Source of the DNA: Candidatus Margulisiibacteriota bacterium
GTDB taxonomy: Bacteria; Margulisbacteria; Riflemargulisbacteria; GWF2-35-9
NCBI GenBank assembly: GCA_028715625.1
Contig: JAQURL010000004.1
Location: 2,061-66,060, forward strand
DNA length: 64,000 bases
Direction: 5' to 3'
Numbering within the stretch: position 1 is the first letter of the stretch; every line of letters begins with the position of its first letter. The position numbers and the translations under genes were made by a program. A model generated the notes under the pieces. The model was not told the origin of the DNA. It saw only the letters and a list, made by a program, of their open reading frames with translations, and did no database searches. Positions 49,315 to 60,680 of the stretch are shown one piece after another.

Positions 49315-49364
49315 TCATTGGTTATTTTTTTCGCAAGGTCATAATTATAGCAGCGAATAAAAGC

Positions 49365-50225
49365 CTAGTCAAACACTACGGTTTTGTTCTGGTATACAAG
49401 AATCTTGCGTTCGATGTGTTTTTTTATAGCGAAAGAAAGCACCTGCTTTTCCAGTTCTTTGCCTTTTTCAATGTAATTTTGCAAACTATCCTTATGATTA
49501 ATATTTACAACCTGCTGGGCAATAATCGGCCCGTCATCAAGGGCTTCGGTAACATAATGCGCTGTTGAGCCCAACACCTTAACCCCCCGATCGTAGGCCT
49601 GTTTGTAAGGGTTTGCACCGATAAAGGCGGGCAGAAAGGAATGATGTACATTTATGATTTGTTGTGGATAAGCCCGAACAAACCCCGGTGTCAGTATCTG
49701 CATATAACGCGCCAGGATAATCAGCTCAACACCATGATCTGTCAAAAGTTTCATCTGCGCCTGTTCCTGTTCTTTTTTGTTTTCACGAAACATAGGAAAA
49801 AAATAAAAGGGAGTCTGGTAATAACCGGCAATTGTTTCATTATCCTGGTGATTACTAACTATCAGTTGAACATCCATAGCCAACTCGGAATTTTTTATTT
49901 TATAAAGCAGGTCATGCAAACAGTGGTCATCTCTGGAAACAAACACAGCCGTTTTTATTAAAGAGTCACTGAAATAGAGTTTCAGGTCCATATTCCAGTG
50001 TTTTTTTATGGATTGCAGGGAACTAAGGATATTCTCTTTTTGTATTAAGAAATGAGAAAGGTCCCATTCTATGCGCATAAAAAAAATATTATTTACCGGA
50101 TCTATATGCTGCTCGGCATGCAGTATGTTGCCTTTATTTTGAAAAATGTATTCGGTTATGGTAAAGACCAAACCTTCTTTATCCGGAGCCGAGATTAGCA
50201 GTATTGCTGATGTTGTTTTATCCAT
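49365..50225 (-). CDS. purU: Formyltetrahydrofolate deformylase
   Basis: An N-terminal ACT domain plus a formyl-transferase domain (HHSFLPAF…, 286 aa). Confidence 0.8.
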   Translation of the reverse strand: MDKTTSAILLISAPDKEGLVFTITEYIFQNKGNILHAEQHIDPVNNIFFMRIEWDLSHFLIQKENILSSLQSIKKHWNMDLKLYFSDSLIKTAVFVSRDDHCLHDLLYKIKNSELAMDVQLIVSNHQDNETIAGYYQTPFYFFPMFRENKKEQEQAQMKLLTDHGVELIILARYMQILTPGFVRAYPQQIINVHHSFLPAFIGANPYKQAYDRGVKVLGSTAHYVTEALDDGPIIAQQVVNINHKDSLQNYIEKGKELEKQVLSFAIKKHIERKILVYQNKTVVFD

Positions 50226-50272
50226 GATTAAGGTTTAAAGTTGCACTGAAAAAGATTATAATACAAAAATAG

Positions 50273-53200
50273 ATGAAAAAGAATCTTCTGCTGGGTATTA
50301 TTTTCTTTGTAGTTCTTGGTTTTTTGGCAAAACTGGTATTGGAAAACTGGGTTAAAAACGAAGTTACTAAAACATTGTCCGGAATTTTAACGACTCCAAT
50401 AAAGATTGCTTCAATCGACATAGGCTTTTTGTCTTCAGCGACAATTAAAGGAATCACTATTGGCGATCCTCTGAGCCCCAGCAGTAACATGGCTCAAATT
50501 GAGGAGCTAAAAGTAAATTACAGCCTGCTCAGATTACGCAGAACCAGGGATCCCCTGCAGTTAATTAATTCCTTACAGATCAGTAATGGCAATATAAACA
50601 TTCACCATAGCAGTGATGACCGGTATAATCTGATCCAACAGTTGAAACCTACGCCACCCAACGCGAAACCCTTTCAGATTCCGCACATTAAAATATACTT
50701 CAGAAAATCTACAGTGACCTATACTGACGAAAGAGGATTTGGACCCAAGGCGCTGGAAAGCCCGGAAGTTAATGTTTTATATAATGCAGTAGGCAACGTT
50801 CAGTTGAAAAAAAATCAGGTGATGATTAACCTTGAAGGAAATCTGAACCGAAAAAGAGACAACAAGGTTGTAATCAATGGTTCTTTGCAGGGCGAGGATT
50901 TTAAATTTCATATTTTTTCCAGAAAAGCCGATGTGGCGAACTTGATAGGTTATTTTTCAGGATTAAAAGAAATCAAATTTTACAAAGCTATTTCCAGAGT
51001 TGAAGCCCAGCTGCAATCAAAAAAGGTACAGAAGCTCACAGATATTCCGCTTGATTTTCAGGTGAGCATGGACGTTAAAGAAGCTGAATTCGCGACTGTT
51101 TGGGTGCCACCGACCATGTCTTTGCAGGCCGGGCAGGTATTTGTTTCCAATCGTGGAGTTATTTTTAAAGATATACAAGGCAGGGCTAACGGTCAGAAAT
51201 TTAGCCTGCAGGGTGATATTAAAGACTTTATGATTCTTAATCTGGCCATCAGAAGCAAAGAAATAGACAACCATTATTCGGCTGAATTTTTGCCATTTCT
51301 GAAAAACTGGAACCTGGATGGCAAGTGCGACTTTTTGTTGAACATAAAATCCATTGCAACAGGGAATATTGTTCTGGAAGGAAAAGCTAATAATTACTCG
51401 GGTCATTTTTTTAATTATGTTGTACAGAAAGCAGATCTGCAGTTTAGAAAAGAGAAAAACGATATTTCTTTAAGCTTGCCTCTTATTCAGGCTTATAACG
51501 GGACCGGTACAGCCACTGGTAGTGTAACCATTATACCGAACCATACTCCCTATCTGGATATAACCATGGCCTTAAAAAAGGTTTTACTTCCGGAATATTT
51601 TCAGTCCAAACACTTTACCGGCCAGGGTGATATTGACCTGCATCTGGACCATTATGCGGACGACATCAAAGGCCAGCTGTTCTTTTGGGGTAAAGACGCT
51701 TCCGCCTTTGGGCAGAAGATTAACCATATGGTGGTTATGTGGGAAAAAACGCCGGAAAAGCTTGTTTTTGGTCCAGGTTCATATGTTGCGATAAATAATG
51801 ATGAATCAAAACTTTATTTCACTGGCTTTTTGAACAATCACGCTTTTTTTGATATAACCTTCAAGGGTAATGATCTGTTAACCGACAACTTTTATTTTTT
51901 TTACTCCAAAGTTGGAGACTACAAGGCCAGGTTCAAAGCCGATGGGCGTGTAACCGGAGTCTTTGATGAGGCATTTAAACGCAATCCTCTGCAGCATACC
52001 AAAGGCTTGGTTAAAATCAACGTATCTAACTTCGCCGTGAAGAACAGCACGGAATTATTTAGCGGTGAAGGCACGGTTACTCTGGATGAATACGCTTATT
52101 TGGAATTCGCTTTAAAAAACAAAACATCTTTTTTCAACATAAAAGCCAAGACTACCAATAAGAGCCTGGTATACAGCAACTTTACACTGGGCAATGTTTC
52201 TCTGGTCAACGCCAAACCGTTTGTAAAAAACCAGAAATACGATTTTAACGGTATAGCCAGCGGCAAGTTAACAATGTTCCCTGACCAAAACCAGCTTTTC
52301 TTAAACAACTATGGTGTAACCGGCAGTATTCAAATAGTAAACGGCCAGCTGGGCAGCCAGACAGTTCAGTATGTTTCCGGGAACATAGCGCTACAAAACA
52401 ACAAGTTCAGTATTGGTGCCGGCCAGTTTGTACAACCTTTTTCCAATATCAGGTTAATACAGGCAGAATATTTCTCATCACATAATTTCAGCGTAATTTT
52501 TGATCATGCCAAGATTCGCAGTAACGAATGGCAAGGCTATATGCCCAAGAACATAAAGCTGTCTCTGACAAATTTAAATGGTAAACTAACAGTTGATGGG
52601 GCTTCGGTTACAGCTGATTTGGATGTGGAAACAGATCTTTTTATTTACAACAATGTTACTATGCCGAATTTTAAAGGACACATTAATTTGCAGAATAAAC
52701 AGGTCCGCCTGAGCGATTTCTCAATAATTAATAAAAATGACACTTATCAGATTTCCGGCTATATTGACCTGGATTTCAAAAAACAAACCATTCCCAAACA
52801 TAATCTGGAAGTTAATCTGACCTCTGCCAAGCTGGAGAATTTATCTGAATTGTATCAGCAGTTAAGGCCGTTATGGACAAAAGAAACAATACCCAAAGAA
52901 ACCAAGGAAGACAAACGCACAGAAGTATTTGGCAAATATAACCAGCTGGTAAAAAAGAACTCCCTAAATCTTTATTCAATTGATGGCGGAAACATTTCCG
53001 AACTGCTATATGACCTGAAATCTGTAAAACAAAAGGATCGTCTCAATGATTTGCCTAAAGCCGAAGGAAAAATTTCGGGTATATTGCGGTCTTCTTATAA
53101 AGACAAGTGGGTAATTTTCAGTGATCTGAATGTTAATTCCGGACGTATTGTACAAACGCAGGTAGAACAGTTGAATTTTCAGGCAAGGCTTGAAGACAAT

Positions 53201-55132
53201 GACATTCATATCGGAATAAAATGCAGTAAAGTTAAGCTTCTGGAGAGTAATTTTGAAAACCTCGATTTCGAATCATTTTTTAACCCTGACAGCGAGATAT
53301 TAAAGGTTAATAAGCTTAATGTTGATTTTGAGGGAACAACCTATAAAGAAATTTTAAAGGGACAGATTAATTTGTCTCCCCTGTTGTCAAAAACAGAAGC
53401 CCATCGTAATGACCTTGATTTACGACTAAATTTACATAAAGATAACATAAACATTTTATCCATGATGAACAGTTCCCTGAAAAGGATATCCAATCAGGGA
53501 GATGTGGTGCTGGATATTACCGGACCCTTCTGGAGCCCTGTCTTTAATTCTCAGAAGGTAAGTTTGAAAAAGTTCCAAATTCAATTCGTATCAGGTTTTG
53601 CCATAAAAGCCCCATTAACGGTAGACAATGCAGAGCTGAATATTGTTGACAATATTATCAACATCCCTTCTTTGGAAGTGGTCTGGCAGGGTGATGACAC
53701 CAATGGGGCCAGAAACGTTTTTGTGGCGTCAGGCAATATAGCTGCCGATTTATCATTTAAAGACGCTGCAAATATACCGCTGATAATGAATTTGACCATA
53801 AAACCAACCCAGCTAAACCTGAACATAGAAGACTTATATGTTGGCAAAGCGGAAACTGAGGAAACCCGTGTACAGGGAACATTTTTAATTCCTGTAACCA
53901 AAAAAGCCAAAGAAATCGCTAAACAAAATATTCTTGAGGAAAAGGAGGAAGGTCCTGTGCTCAGGACCAAAGCAGTGCTATCTGACGGCCGTTTTATTAT
54001 TCTTAGCAATCGTCCTGCTGTGGTGGATAAACCTGCCATGAAGCTGGACATGTGGGTTTATTTAAGCAAGGGACTGTTTATTACCGGAAAAAATATCGGG
54101 GCAGGAGTGAACAACTTTATAAATAATATCAATATTGAGTTTGATGAAGAGCCCATGGATATGCACATAAAAGGATCGCTGAATACAATTGATTTTGAAA
54201 AAAAATTCAAGCTAAAGAGCGGGAAAATTGTTTTTATGGACCAGATGTTCCAGCTGCTGGAGAAGTCCAAACAGAGGGAAATTTTCAGTAATAAACCTGA
54301 AAATATAGATGATAATTATGTGGATATCAGAATGCTGCCGGACCCGGATTATCCGACAAAACGCAAGGCCACACCTTACTTTAATTTAAAAGCTTATTCC
54401 ATTGTAAAAAAAGTTATTTCGGTTACGGACAACACAAATATAGCCTCTAACAACATGGTAACCAAAATTGAGGATCACGTATTTGTTGTTTATGTTAACG
54501 GCTTTCTGAACACTCCCAAATCTTTCGCCATCGAACATTATCTTTATGAAAACAATACCTATAAACTGGTAGAGGAAAAAATATATATGGATAAAATATC
54601 CGCGGAACAGCTGGATACTATTTCTTCATATTTATTACCCGTACTTTTAAAGCCTCAGTTTTATCAGAATTTACTGAACAAAGGATTGGTAAACAACAAA
54701 GAAGCCAATGAGCTTTTAAAGAGTTATTCGGCTTCGCAAATAGACCTGTGGATAGATCAGCAGTTAAGACCTTTTGAAAAAGAAATAGCCAGCGCCATCG
54801 GCCTTTATGATGTAAAGATTGAGCATAAGTTCGGAGAGGAAATAGTGAACTCGGTTCCGGTTTTTCAAACGGATACTGCCATTGATACCAATAATTCCAG
54901 CAAAGTATCTGTGGAATACATAAAAGATCTGTTTTTAAAGAAACTGTTTGTCAAACTAAAAACCGGAGTTAACCAGGACCCGCAATCCAAGAGTTACTCA
55001 CTACAGCTCACAGAGTATGAGCTGATGTGGTTTTTGTCAGATTTTATCAGCGTAAATTATGGCAACCATAATTTACAGAATAGCGATAGCGTATATGGAG
55101 CTTTTTCAATCAATGCGAATTTTGATTTCTAG
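50273..55132 (+). CDS. TamB/AsmA-like giant inner-membrane-anchored periplasm-spanning protein
   Basis: A single N-terminal TM anchor, 1619 aa of beta-rich sequence, and a position immediately upstream of two Omp85 genes. Confidence 0.5.
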   Translation: MKKNLLLGIIFFVVLGFLAKLVLENWVKNEVTKTLSGILTTPIKIASIDIGFLSSATIKGITIGDPLSPSSNMAQIEELKVNYSLLRLRRTRDPLQLINSLQISNGNINIHHSSDDRYNLIQQLKPTPPNAKPFQIPHIKIYFRKSTVTYTDERGFGPKALESPEVNVLYNAVGNVQLKKNQVMINLEGNLNRKRDNKVVINGSLQGEDFKFHIFSRKADVANLIGYFSGLKEIKFYKAISRVEAQLQSKKVQKLTDIPLDFQVSMDVKEAEFATVWVPPTMSLQAGQVFVSNRGVIFKDIQGRANGQKFSLQGDIKDFMILNLAIRSKEIDNHYSAEFLPFLKNWNLDGKCDFLLNIKSIATGNIVLEGKANNYSGHFFNYVVQKADLQFRKEKNDISLSLPLIQAYNGTGTATGSVTIIPNHTPYLDITMALKKVLLPEYFQSKHFTGQGDIDLHLDHYADDIKGQLFFWGKDASAFGQKINHMVVMWEKTPEKLVFGPGSYVAINNDESKLYFTGFLNNHAFFDITFKGNDLLTDNFYFFYSKVGDYKARFKADGRVTGVFDEAFKRNPLQHTKGLVKINVSNFAVKNSTELFSGEGTVTLDEYAYLEFALKNKTSFFNIKAKTTNKSLVYSNFTLGNVSLVNAKPFVKNQKYDFNGIASGKLTMFPDQNQLFLNNYGVTGSIQIVNGQLGSQTVQYVSGNIALQNNKFSIGAGQFVQPFSNIRLIQAEYFSSHNFSVIFDHAKIRSNEWQGYMPKNIKLSLTNLNGKLTVDGASVTADLDVETDLFIYNNVTMPNFKGHINLQNKQVRLSDFSIINKNDTYQISGYIDLDFKKQTIPKHNLEVNLTSAKLENLSELYQQLRPLWTKETIPKETKEDKRTEVFGKYNQLVKKNSLNLYSIDGGNISELLYDLKSVKQKDRLNDLPKAEGKISGILRSSYKDKWVIFSDLNVNSGRIVQTQVEQLNFQARLEDNDIHIGIKCSKVKLLESNFENLDFESFFNPDSEILKVNKLNVDFEGTTYKEILKGQINLSPLLSKTEAHRNDLDLRLNLHKDNINILSMMNSSLKRISNQGDVVLDITGPFWSPVFNSQKVSLKKFQIQFVSGFAIKAPLTVDNAELNIVDNIINIPSLEVVWQGDDTNGARNVFVASGNIAADLSFKDAANIPLIMNLTIKPTQLNLNIEDLYVGKAETEETRVQGTFLIPVTKKAKEIAKQNILEEKEEGPVLRTKAVLSDGRFIILSNRPAVVDKPAMKLDMWVYLSKGLFITGKNIGAGVNNFINNINIEFDEEPMDMHIKGSLNTIDFEKKFKLKSGKIVFMDQMFQLLEKSKQREIFSNKPENIDDNYVDIRMLPDPDYPTKRKATPYFNLKAYSIVKKVISVTDNTNIASNNMVTKIEDHVFVVYVNGFLNTPKSFAIEHYLYENNTYKLVEEKIYMDKISAEQLDTISSYLLPVLLKPQFYQNLLNKGLVNNKEANELLKSYSASQIDLWIDQQLRPFEKEIASAIGLYDVKIEHKFGEEIVNSVPVFQTDTAIDTNNSSKVSVEYIKDLFLKKLFVKLKTGVNQDPQSKSYSLQLTEYELMWFLSDFISVNYGNHNLQNSDSVYGAFSINANFDF

Positions 55133-56837
55133 TTTAATAATAATTTTTTTAACAGCTTTTTCTCTGGCAATTGAAATAAGCCCGGAAAAGCCGCAAATTT
55201 TTAATGGTTACCCCATCAAAAGCATGGCTATATCCACTAATCCTCAGACAACAGTAAATTTTGCCGAATATATGCCTTATATGCAACAGGATAATGAATT
55301 TTACCTTAGCTATATGGTCGATGATATCGGCAGCCTGATGAATAGCGGTTATGTTCAGGATATTAATGTGAATATATCGGCAAACGAAGAATCGGCAGTG
55401 GATATTACTTTTAATATAAAGCTGAATCCCATGGTTCGTTATATAGAGCTTAGCAATATGACTATTTTAAACCAGAACATTATTAAGAGTAAATTGTATA
55501 ACAAACTTAATACCCCTTTAAATTATGCCTATATTTCCAGCGACATACAGATAATTGAATCAGCTTATCATGATCAAGGTTATGTGCTGGCCAAGGTGAC
55601 CAATGTGTTTTTTATAAAAAGCGTTAATTCTCTGATTTTTAACGTTGATGAAGGCTTGGTAGATAACATCGTATTAAGCGGTGCGGGACAGCTTAATCCG
55701 ATGATTATTCTGCGGGAATTGAATATGCAGCCAGGCAAGGTTTTTAATATTAATCTGGTTAATGAAGACAAGGATATTATTTTCAGAAGCGGATATTTTT
55801 CACAGGTGAGCATGCCCAAGGTAGCGCCATCGTATGTAAATCCGGGCAAAGTTGATATCTTATATGAGGTTCAACAGCGCAAGATAAACAACTTGCAACT
55901 GGGGCTGGAACAACTGCAAAACAGCAAGTTGAGCCTGGCTCTTTCCCTGAAGCTGCCGAATTTTAGAAATTCCGGTGAAGGTTTATATTTTAAAGGTCAG
56001 GGCATTATTGAATCTTATTTTAAGGAATATAGCTACTATGTGAAATATAGCGATCCCTGGTTTACCGGACGCAAGCTACCGCTAAATCTTATGGTCTGGC
56101 ATCAGATAAATGATGAAATCGTCAACAATCTGGCCACAGTCAGGGTTCAGCGTATCGGAGGAGAAGCTAATCTGGAGCCGTATTTCTTCAAACAGGTGAA
56201 AACAATTGTGGGTTATCGTAATGAAGCTGTGTCAGACGTTGCCGGTGTGTACAGTCCTTATCAGAAAAACAGTTTAAAATTAACGCTGCTCAGTGATACA
56301 ACAAACGATTATAATAATCCGCTGAGCGGAAGCAAGACTACAATTGAAATGGAAAAAGGTAATAACCTCTTTAATTTAATCAATTTCGGAGGCATTGATT
56401 TTTCCAGATATACTTTTGAACATTCTGTTTATTATAATTTGTACAAGAAAGATGTTTTAGCAATTCGCTTCAGTACCGGGTTCATGCAATTTAATACTCA
56501 GAGCCAGATTTTCGAACAGGACAAATTTCTTATAGGGGGGGCATATTCTCTGAGAGGCTATCCGGAATCATACGCTAATCTTGCCAATGCTATTATCGGC
56601 AATAAAAAAATCCTTTTGAATGTCGAATATCGGGTGTTTCTTACAGAATGGCTGCAGGGTGCTATATTTATTGATGGAGGCATTGCTACTGATAACGATC
56701 TGCAATTAGATAAACTCAAATGGGGAAAAGGTGTCGGTATCAGGATTTTAACGCCACTGGCCCCATTGCGTTTTGATTTTGCAATAGGGGATAACAATCA
56801 GTTCTTGCTGCATTTCGGGTTAGGACAATTGTTTTGA
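55113..56837 (+). CDS. Omp85 family outer-membrane protein (TamA/BamA paralog; POTRA + surface antigen D15 barrel)
   Basis: A signal peptide, POTRA-like repeats, a C-terminal beta-barrel ending …HFGLGQLF; it overlaps the TamB-like gene's end. Confidence 0.7.
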   Translation: MRILISSLIIIFLTAFSLAIEISPEKPQIFNGYPIKSMAISTNPQTTVNFAEYMPYMQQDNEFYLSYMVDDIGSLMNSGYVQDINVNISANEESAVDITFNIKLNPMVRYIELSNMTILNQNIIKSKLYNKLNTPLNYAYISSDIQIIESAYHDQGYVLAKVTNVFFIKSVNSLIFNVDEGLVDNIVLSGAGQLNPMIILRELNMQPGKVFNINLVNEDKDIIFRSGYFSQVSMPKVAPSYVNPGKVDILYEVQQRKINNLQLGLEQLQNSKLSLALSLKLPNFRNSGEGLYFKGQGIIESYFKEYSYYVKYSDPWFTGRKLPLNLMVWHQINDEIVNNLATVRVQRIGGEANLEPYFFKQVKTIVGYRNEAVSDVAGVYSPYQKNSLKLTLLSDTTNDYNNPLSGSKTTIEMEKGNNLFNLINFGGIDFSRYTFEHSVYYNLYKKDVLAIRFSTGFMQFNTQSQIFEQDKFLIGGAYSLRGYPESYANLANAIIGNKKILLNVEYRVFLTEWLQGAIFIDGGIATDNDLQLDKLKWGKGVGIRILTPLAPLRFDFAIGDNNQFLLHFGLGQLF

Positions 56838-56883
56838 TTTGTGTTAAAATGTTTTCCTAGTCTTTTATGAGGTAGGGGATAAG

Positions 56884-58554
56884 ATGTTAAGACTTTTTTT
56901 TATATTATTGATCGGTTTATTTTCATTTTTGCAGGCCACTACATTAAACAGTATCATTATCAGTGGCAACAAGGCCATTTCCTCTCAGGATATTTTGGCT
57001 GTAATTACCAATAAACCCGGAGAAGAACTGGTTACTGAAAATATCCTTGCCGACATCCATAATATCTATAATATGGGCTACTTCAAGGATTCAGTAAGCG
57101 CAGAAACTGTTTTTGTCAGCGGGAACAAGGCGGACCTGATTTTTACAATTGAAGAAAACCCTGTTGTTAACCAGATATATTTTGTAGGATTAACAGCCTT
57201 TAAACAGGAAGAACTTATGGCCAGCATGAACATGAAAAAAGGTAAAATCCTTAACTATAGTGAGCTAAGGCAGGATATTCAGAATATTACCAATTTTTAC
57301 CATGAACGGGGATATGTACTGATGAATGTAAAAGAAATTTCCGAACCGCAGGATGACAATATTTTAACTATTGTTCTCAAAGAAGGAATAATAGAAGATA
57401 TATTCTTTAAGGGTATGGCTTTTACCAAGGAATACGTACTTACCCGAGAAATGGAAACTCAGATCGGTACCGCCTTCAATATCAACACAATTCAGGAAGA
57501 TATGCGCAACATTTATAATACCGGCTACGTGGACAATATAAACATTGACCCACCCATGGCCGGTGTAAATCCGGACAAAGTAGTAGTCGTAATAAATGTT
57601 CAGGAAAAAAGGTCCGGTTCATTGCAGTTCGGAGGAGGAATAGGTTCTGCTACCGGCTTTTTCGGTTTTATTCAATTGTCATTCATAAACTTTCTTGGAG
57701 AAGGCTATAACATGTCTACAAAAGGGCAGTGGGGGGAGAAGCAGCTTACTTATGAATTTAAATATTTTAACCCTTGGTTTTTTAAAGACCACACATCAAT
57801 GACGTTTAGGTTATGGAATACCGATGGTCTCATTGATGAAGGACAGGGGCTGAAAGCTTTCAATACCGGCGGAGAAGTTATCTTGGGCAAGCCTTTGACT
57901 AAACAGATCAGCGGTTTTGTTTCAGCTCGCGTGAATAACGTTATCCCTCAGGAAACTTCCATTAACAGTTATGAGGTCAGAAGTATTGGTGGAGGGTTGA
58001 GCTATGATACCCGGGATTATATTTTTAATCCCTCCAGCGGTGACTATGCTCTGGTTAATGCCAATGCTTCTCTTAAAGTTTTGGGTGCTTCCATTGAGTT
58101 TATAAAATACAGGATAAAATATAATAAATATTTTCCGCTTGGGAATGATTTTGCGTTAGGATTTAAGGGCACTATTGATGATTCCTTCGGAACCATATTT
58201 GACACTGAGCGTTATTTCGCCGGCGGTGCTACTACCGTGAGAGGTTATCGGGATGGATCTCCATTTGCGATAGGCGGCAGAAGGTTCCTGGGCACTGTGG
58301 AACTTAGATATAATATTAATCAGCAGATGCAGTTATATTTTTTCTATGATCTTGGTAAAGTAACCAAAGGTCTGGCAGATTGTAATTTTACAGGAGATCC
58401 GACATGGAGAACAGGTAAGGGCATAGGTTTTAAAATTATTACTCCGATAGGTCCGTTAAGGTTTGATTATGCCTGGGGAGATGGCAAGCCCTATAGCGAC
58501 AACCTGGACAGCAGCAGCGGGGTAATACATTTTAATATTGAGAATACTTTTTAA
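56884..58554 (+). CDS. BamA-like Omp85 outer-membrane protein assembly factor
   Basis: A signal peptide, POTRA domains, a barrel with TVRGY and a C-terminal …HFNIENTF. It is followed by skp-lpxD, as in bamA-skp-lpxD clusters. Confidence 0.7.
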   Translation: MLRLFFILLIGLFSFLQATTLNSIIISGNKAISSQDILAVITNKPGEELVTENILADIHNIYNMGYFKDSVSAETVFVSGNKADLIFTIEENPVVNQIYFVGLTAFKQEELMASMNMKKGKILNYSELRQDIQNITNFYHERGYVLMNVKEISEPQDDNILTIVLKEGIIEDIFFKGMAFTKEYVLTREMETQIGTAFNINTIQEDMRNIYNTGYVDNINIDPPMAGVNPDKVVVVINVQEKRSGSLQFGGGIGSATGFFGFIQLSFINFLGEGYNMSTKGQWGEKQLTYEFKYFNPWFFKDHTSMTFRLWNTDGLIDEGQGLKAFNTGGEVILGKPLTKQISGFVSARVNNVIPQETSINSYEVRSIGGGLSYDTRDYIFNPSSGDYALVNANASLKVLGASIEFIKYRIKYNKYFPLGNDFALGFKGTIDDSFGTIFDTERYFAGGATTVRGYRDGSPFAIGGRRFLGTVELRYNINQQMQLYFFYDLGKVTKGLADCNFTGDPTWRTGKGIGFKIITPIGPLRFDYAWGDGKPYSDNLDSSSGVIHFNIENTF

Positions 58555-58566
58555 GGAGGTCTGGAC

Positions 58567-59007
58567 ATGAAAAAAATTTTAATAGGTGCGGTTCTGTTTT
58601 TGTTCTCTATTGCTTTGTGTGACACTGTAGGTTATATAGATTCACAGCAGATTTTAAAACAATATAACAAAGCTGTTACGGCGCAAGCTGATCTTGCAAA
58701 AAAACAAAAAGATTTCCAGGATTTTTTCTTACAGAAGCAGCAGGAGTTGGAAAAAGCTAAAGCTACCAGTAAAAATGAAGAAGAATTAACACAGCTCAAG
58801 GATTCTTTGGAAGCAGAGCTGCAACCCAAAAGAGATGAGCTTTTACAATTAAACCAAAAATTGTCGGGCGATATTGAAAAAGATATAATTGAGGCAACCA
58901 AGAAAGTAGCCAAACAGTTACGTATAGATATAGTTTTGGATAAACAAATTGTGATTTCCGGAGGCATGGATTTAACCAGTCTGGTGATCAGCAGTTTGAA
59001 TAAATAG
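58567..59007 (+). CDS. skp: OmpH/Skp periplasmic chaperone
   Basis: A signal peptide, a ~17 kDa coiled-coil K/Q/E-rich protein, and the bamA-skp-lpxD context. Confidence 0.7.
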   Translation: MKKILIGAVLFLFSIALCDTVGYIDSQQILKQYNKAVTAQADLAKKQKDFQDFFLQKQQELEKAKATSKNEEELTQLKDSLEAELQPKRDELLQLNQKLSGDIEKDIIEATKKVAKQLRIDIVLDKQIVISGGMDLTSLVISSLNK

Positions 59008-59029
59008 CAAAACACCTTATAATTAAAAT

Positions 59030-60022
59030 ATGAAATTATCAAAAATCGCTAAAACGATTGGCGGGAAAATTTTTGGCCAGGATATTGAGGTTAAAAACAT
59101 AAAAAGTATCCTAACTGCCAGAGCTGAAGATTTAACAATTTTACTCGACAAACTGTATTTAAAAGATGCGCAAAAATCCAAAGCCTGTGCTATCGTTACC
59201 TTTACGACAGAGGTAAAACCAAAAAACGGCATCCTTGTGAAGAATCCCAGAAAAGTTTTGCCTAAACTTTTAAAGTTATTCGCCTATGAAGATAAGCAGC
59301 TTGGAATATCAAAAACAGCCAGCATTGATGATTCTGTAAAGCTGGGTAAAGCGCTTTTTATAGACGATTATGTACGAATTAAAGAAAAAACCGTTATTCA
59401 GGATAATGTGAAAATTTACAGCGGAGCAACTATAGGTAGAAATGTGGTCATAGGGGCAGGCACCATCATTTACCCGAATGTCACAATTTATAATAATACT
59501 CAAATTGGTAAAAATTGTATAATTCATGCCGGAGCAGTTCTTGGCGCGGACGGCTTCGGATTTGAAAGAAATGAAAAAAAAGAATGGGAAAAAGTAACAC
59601 AACTGGGCAAAGTAGTAATCGGTAATGATGTGGAAATAGGGGCAAACAGCTGCGTAGATCGCGGAGCAATACAAGATACCGTAATAGGTGACGGTACAAA
59701 AATCGACAATCTCGTGCAAATAGGGCACAATTGTATAGTAGGTAAGCATAATGTTTTTTCCAGCATGGCAGGTTTAGCTGGTAGTACAATTGTCGGAGAT
59801 TACTGTATATGGGGCGGGCAAGCTGCCACAGCCGGCCATTTAACTGTTGGAAACGATGTTACTATTATGGGACGTTCCGGAGTTACCAAGAATATTAAAG
59901 ATAACGAAGTCATTCAGGGATTCCCGGCTCAAAATTATAAAAAAGAATGGAAAGAACAGGCAGTGCTACGAAAATGGGCGCGCCGGCAACTAAATAAGGA
60001 GGAAAAAACAGATGAGGAATAA
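59030..60022 (+). CDS. lpxD: UDP-3-O-acylglucosamine N-acyltransferase
   Basis: An N-terminal LpxD domain plus left-handed beta-helix hexapeptide repeats (…[20 protein letters not shown]…). Confidence 0.8.
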   Translation: MKLSKIAKTIGGKIFGQDIEVKNIKSILTARAEDLTILLDKLYLKDAQKSKACAIVTFTTEVKPKNGILVKNPRKVLPKLLKLFAYEDKQLGISKTASIDDSVKLGKALFIDDYVRIKEKTVIQDNVKIYSGATIGRNVVIGAGTIIYPNVTIYNNTQIGKNCIIHAGAVLGADGFGFERNEKKEWEKVTQLGKVVIGNDVEIGANSCVDRGAIQDTVIGDGTKIDNLVQIGHNCIVGKHNVFSSMAGLAGSTIVGDYCIWGGQAATAGHLTVGNDVTIMGRSGVTKNIKDNEVIQGFPAQNYKKEWKEQAVLRKWARRQLNKEEKTDEE

Positions 60023-60680
60023 ATTTGCGTTCTGGAGTTTGATTTTGGGAGGGGCACTGCTCTTTGGCGCACCATCTGCCATAGGTACAAACGGTCTAAT
60101 CAATATGCCCACCGCGATGTCTATTCAGTATAAGGCTTTTGATCTTGGTTCAAACTGGACATTGGTACAGAATAATTCCAGCAGTGCTCAAAACCAGATA
60201 CATTATTATGGTAATCTGGGAATTTTTGAGGGTGTGGAACTGGGTTTTTTAGGTAACAACCAGACTGAAGGAGTATTTTTAAATCTAAAATATTATATGC
60301 TCAGCGACAAATCGAACTATCCTTTAGGATTAGCTGTCGGACTTACAAATATATCCTCACACAGCAATTCTAATCTTTATCTGGTGCTAAGTAAAAAGTT
60401 TCCCAATCAGTTAACGGGTCATTTCGGCTTTGCTTCCAATATTCTGGCTACAAAGATACAAGCCAATGTAATGTTTGGGTTGGAAATGCCCTTTAGTAAT
60501 TATGTTAATGCTTTTGCCGAACTTATCGGTTCACAGGATTCCTGGGTGCTTTCAGCCGGAACCAGGCTTAAGTTGGCGGACGATTTGTTGCTTAACGCCT
60601 ATTGGGATGATATTGGCAACAGCTCTGCCGGCAAATCTACTTTTTCTCTGGGAATATCCTGGCACGGTATCCTGCAGTAA
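60012..60680 (+). CDS. Hypothetical exported protein (likely small OM beta-barrel) occupying the usual fabZ slot
   Basis: A signal peptide; alternating hydrophobic, G/N/S-rich strands; translationally coupled to lpxD and lpxC. Confidence 0.35.
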   Translation: MRNKFAFWSLILGGALLFGAPSAIGTNGLINMPTAMSIQYKAFDLGSNWTLVQNNSSSAQNQIHYYGNLGIFEGVELGFLGNNQTEGVFLNLKYYMLSDKSNYPLGLAVGLTNISSHSNSNLYLVLSKKFPNQLTGHFGFASNILATKIQANVMFGLEMPFSNYVNAFAELIGSQDSWVLSAGTRLKLADDLLLNAYWDDIGNSSAGKSTFSLGISWHGILQ